From: Selaginella moellendorffii
Lineage: Eukaryota; Plantae; Lycopodiophyta
Assembly: GCF_000143415.4 (NCBI RefSeq)
Contig: NW_003314406.1
Coordinates: forward strand, 205,007-269,006
Direction: 5' to 3'
Length of the DNA stretch: 64,000 nucleotides
The position numbers and the translations under genes were made by a program. This document shows, piece by piece, positions 62,168 to 64,000 of this stretch. The notes beneath the pieces were generated by a model. The model worked only from the letters and a program-made list of their open reading frames with translations, was not told where the DNA came from and made no database searches. Within the stretch, counting starts at the first letter, position 1. Every line of letters begins with the position of its first letter.

Positions 62168-64000
62168 AGGTCTGCTTAAGGACAAAAATTCTGCAGTGTC
62201 ATAAAGCACATCTTCACATTCAGCAAGGCATCATCGCCTGTCCTTCTCTTTCAGAAATAATATTCCTTCCCTGGTGTGAATTTTTCAGATTCAATTATAC
62301 TAAATACTAGCAAAAGTCCCAGCTATGCTGGGAGCATCGTGTTTATTTCTGATGTTTGAGTAATTTCAAAGAGTTGTGATGATAATTGTAATTTTTAGCA
62401 TAATCATAATGATAACATACATAGTTAAACATAATATAATCTTTATATTAAAAATCCCTTCTACAATTGACACTATCACCAACACACATCATAACATAAT
62501 AAATATAACTCATAGCATTAAATCACATTTAAAAGCTTGATTGTAAAGCAAAGTCTTGGATCTTTTATAAATGGAATTCCTCACTATGAAATCTCATGGC
62601 CAGATGAGTCATTTAAAGATTGAGATTTGGTAAATAATTTCTATTTTATTTGAAATCAATAAAATTGTTTAAAAAATATTATTTCTTGATGATTCATTCA
62701 ACTCTAAAAGTTTTCCTCTTAATAAAGTATATGCTACATAAAAATACTAAAATATAATGATGTTAAACAATATATATTTAAATCTCACTACAACTATATA
62801 CATCTTGTAAATTTACAAAATAAAACATTGTTATAGTGCTATATTTTATTTTAATAAAATGTAATAATTTATATTTATCCTTGATATTCTCTTTTTATCC
62901 TAATATTTATATTCATGCATTTTGAGATAAATCTTTAAAATTAGAAGTATTCTATCTTTTATCTTATACATATTTTTATATAGAAAGAATGCTAATCTGA
63001 AATAAGATTACTATCTCTATTATTAATGTACTTATATTTCAAATTAATGCTTTATAATATTGTTATGAAAGCTAAAATTTTATAATGACAAATGAATGGT
63101 AAGGTTTTACTTTATAATGGGATGAAGTAGGGTTTGATGATCTATAATCTTTTTCTTTATGCTACAACTCTAATAAATCAGAAAATTCATGAATGGTATA
63201 AAGATAGGTTTAATATAATTAAATTTCAATTGATGGTGAATCAAATTTCTTTATATGGTCCATGTACTAATGTTTTCTTGATCATATTTCTACCTTACTA
63301 TGTTTTCTATGTATAAATGCAAAGTGAAAAAAAGTGTTAGAAAATTTATGATATTACATGAATCATAGAATATATCTTAGCCACGATATCTCACTGTGTT
63401 TAATTTAATCTATATTTTAATATATACCATACAATAACTGATAAAAACAAAATTATTTTACAGAATGTGAGTGCTTGAAATATGGAAAGGGAATACAGAA
63501 AATGTGCATATCAATTAGCCCAAAAACTCTAGCTTATATACAGGAGTGAGTGGTCCAAATTGAAACCAATCCGATGGCTACCAAAATCCCATTATGTTAA
63601 TATTAGTATACGGCATCGTAGCCATACACTTGGCCCTCACATCATCCCCTTTTCTCGAAATAATGGAAAACCGTCAGAGTTCTCTTGTAGATGGGCTAGG
63701 ATCTGAAGGAACATCAGGAGGAGGCATTGGTGGATTTGTAGGTGGTATCAGCTGCTCCTGATCCCTTTGTATTAAGCGTTTCAACCGCTACACATGCACA
63801 ATCTCTGGAGGATCAACATGCTAGATGTTATGCCGAACCTCATAAACTTATGGCCTCAATTGTTGCAACACCCTATATAGTCCTTTCCACTGAGCAAGGA
63901 GCCCCTTCGATAAACCATGTACTGTAAGATGGGGAAAACGGACCAACACCACTTTGTACTCCGTAGGTGGATAATGATGGGAGTTGTAGTGCCATTTTTG

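Noticed and set aside
62300-64000. AT-rich tract and short terminal ORFs
   Set aside because: No supportable structure; probably intergenic or eroded repeat

Overview
Eukaryotic land-plant DNA. The two host genes have very short (about 45-60 bp) GT-AG introns, which suggests a compact-intron lineage such as a lycophyte; that assignment is inference. Positions 1 to about 53.5 kb are a deeply nested transposon block. It holds decayed Ty3/Gypsy elements (family C, and a chromovirus D with a chromodomain), non-coding LARD-like elements (family B) whose LTRs match D, family A elements and solo LTRs with CCGAGATGGA/CCGAGT arrays, two 5S-rRNA-bearing Cassandra-like solo LTRs and a 394-bp TRIM. The standout is an 11.1-kb DNA transposon (38633-49759, 24-bp TIRs, 4-bp TCTT TSD, Sola-like truncated transposase). 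It carries a spliced accessory gene with a ParB-like motif and an FCP1/NIF HAD-phosphatase domain. About 19 copies of a 22-bp palindrome, ATGGCRTG-N6-CAYGCCAT, are scattered through it, several inside its tiny introns and four forming a 198-bp hairpin. The right end holds a Sec1/Munc18 (KEULE-like) gene head-to-head with an uncharacterised multi-exon gene. Family names A-D are my own labels, and all domain calls come from motifs read by eye.
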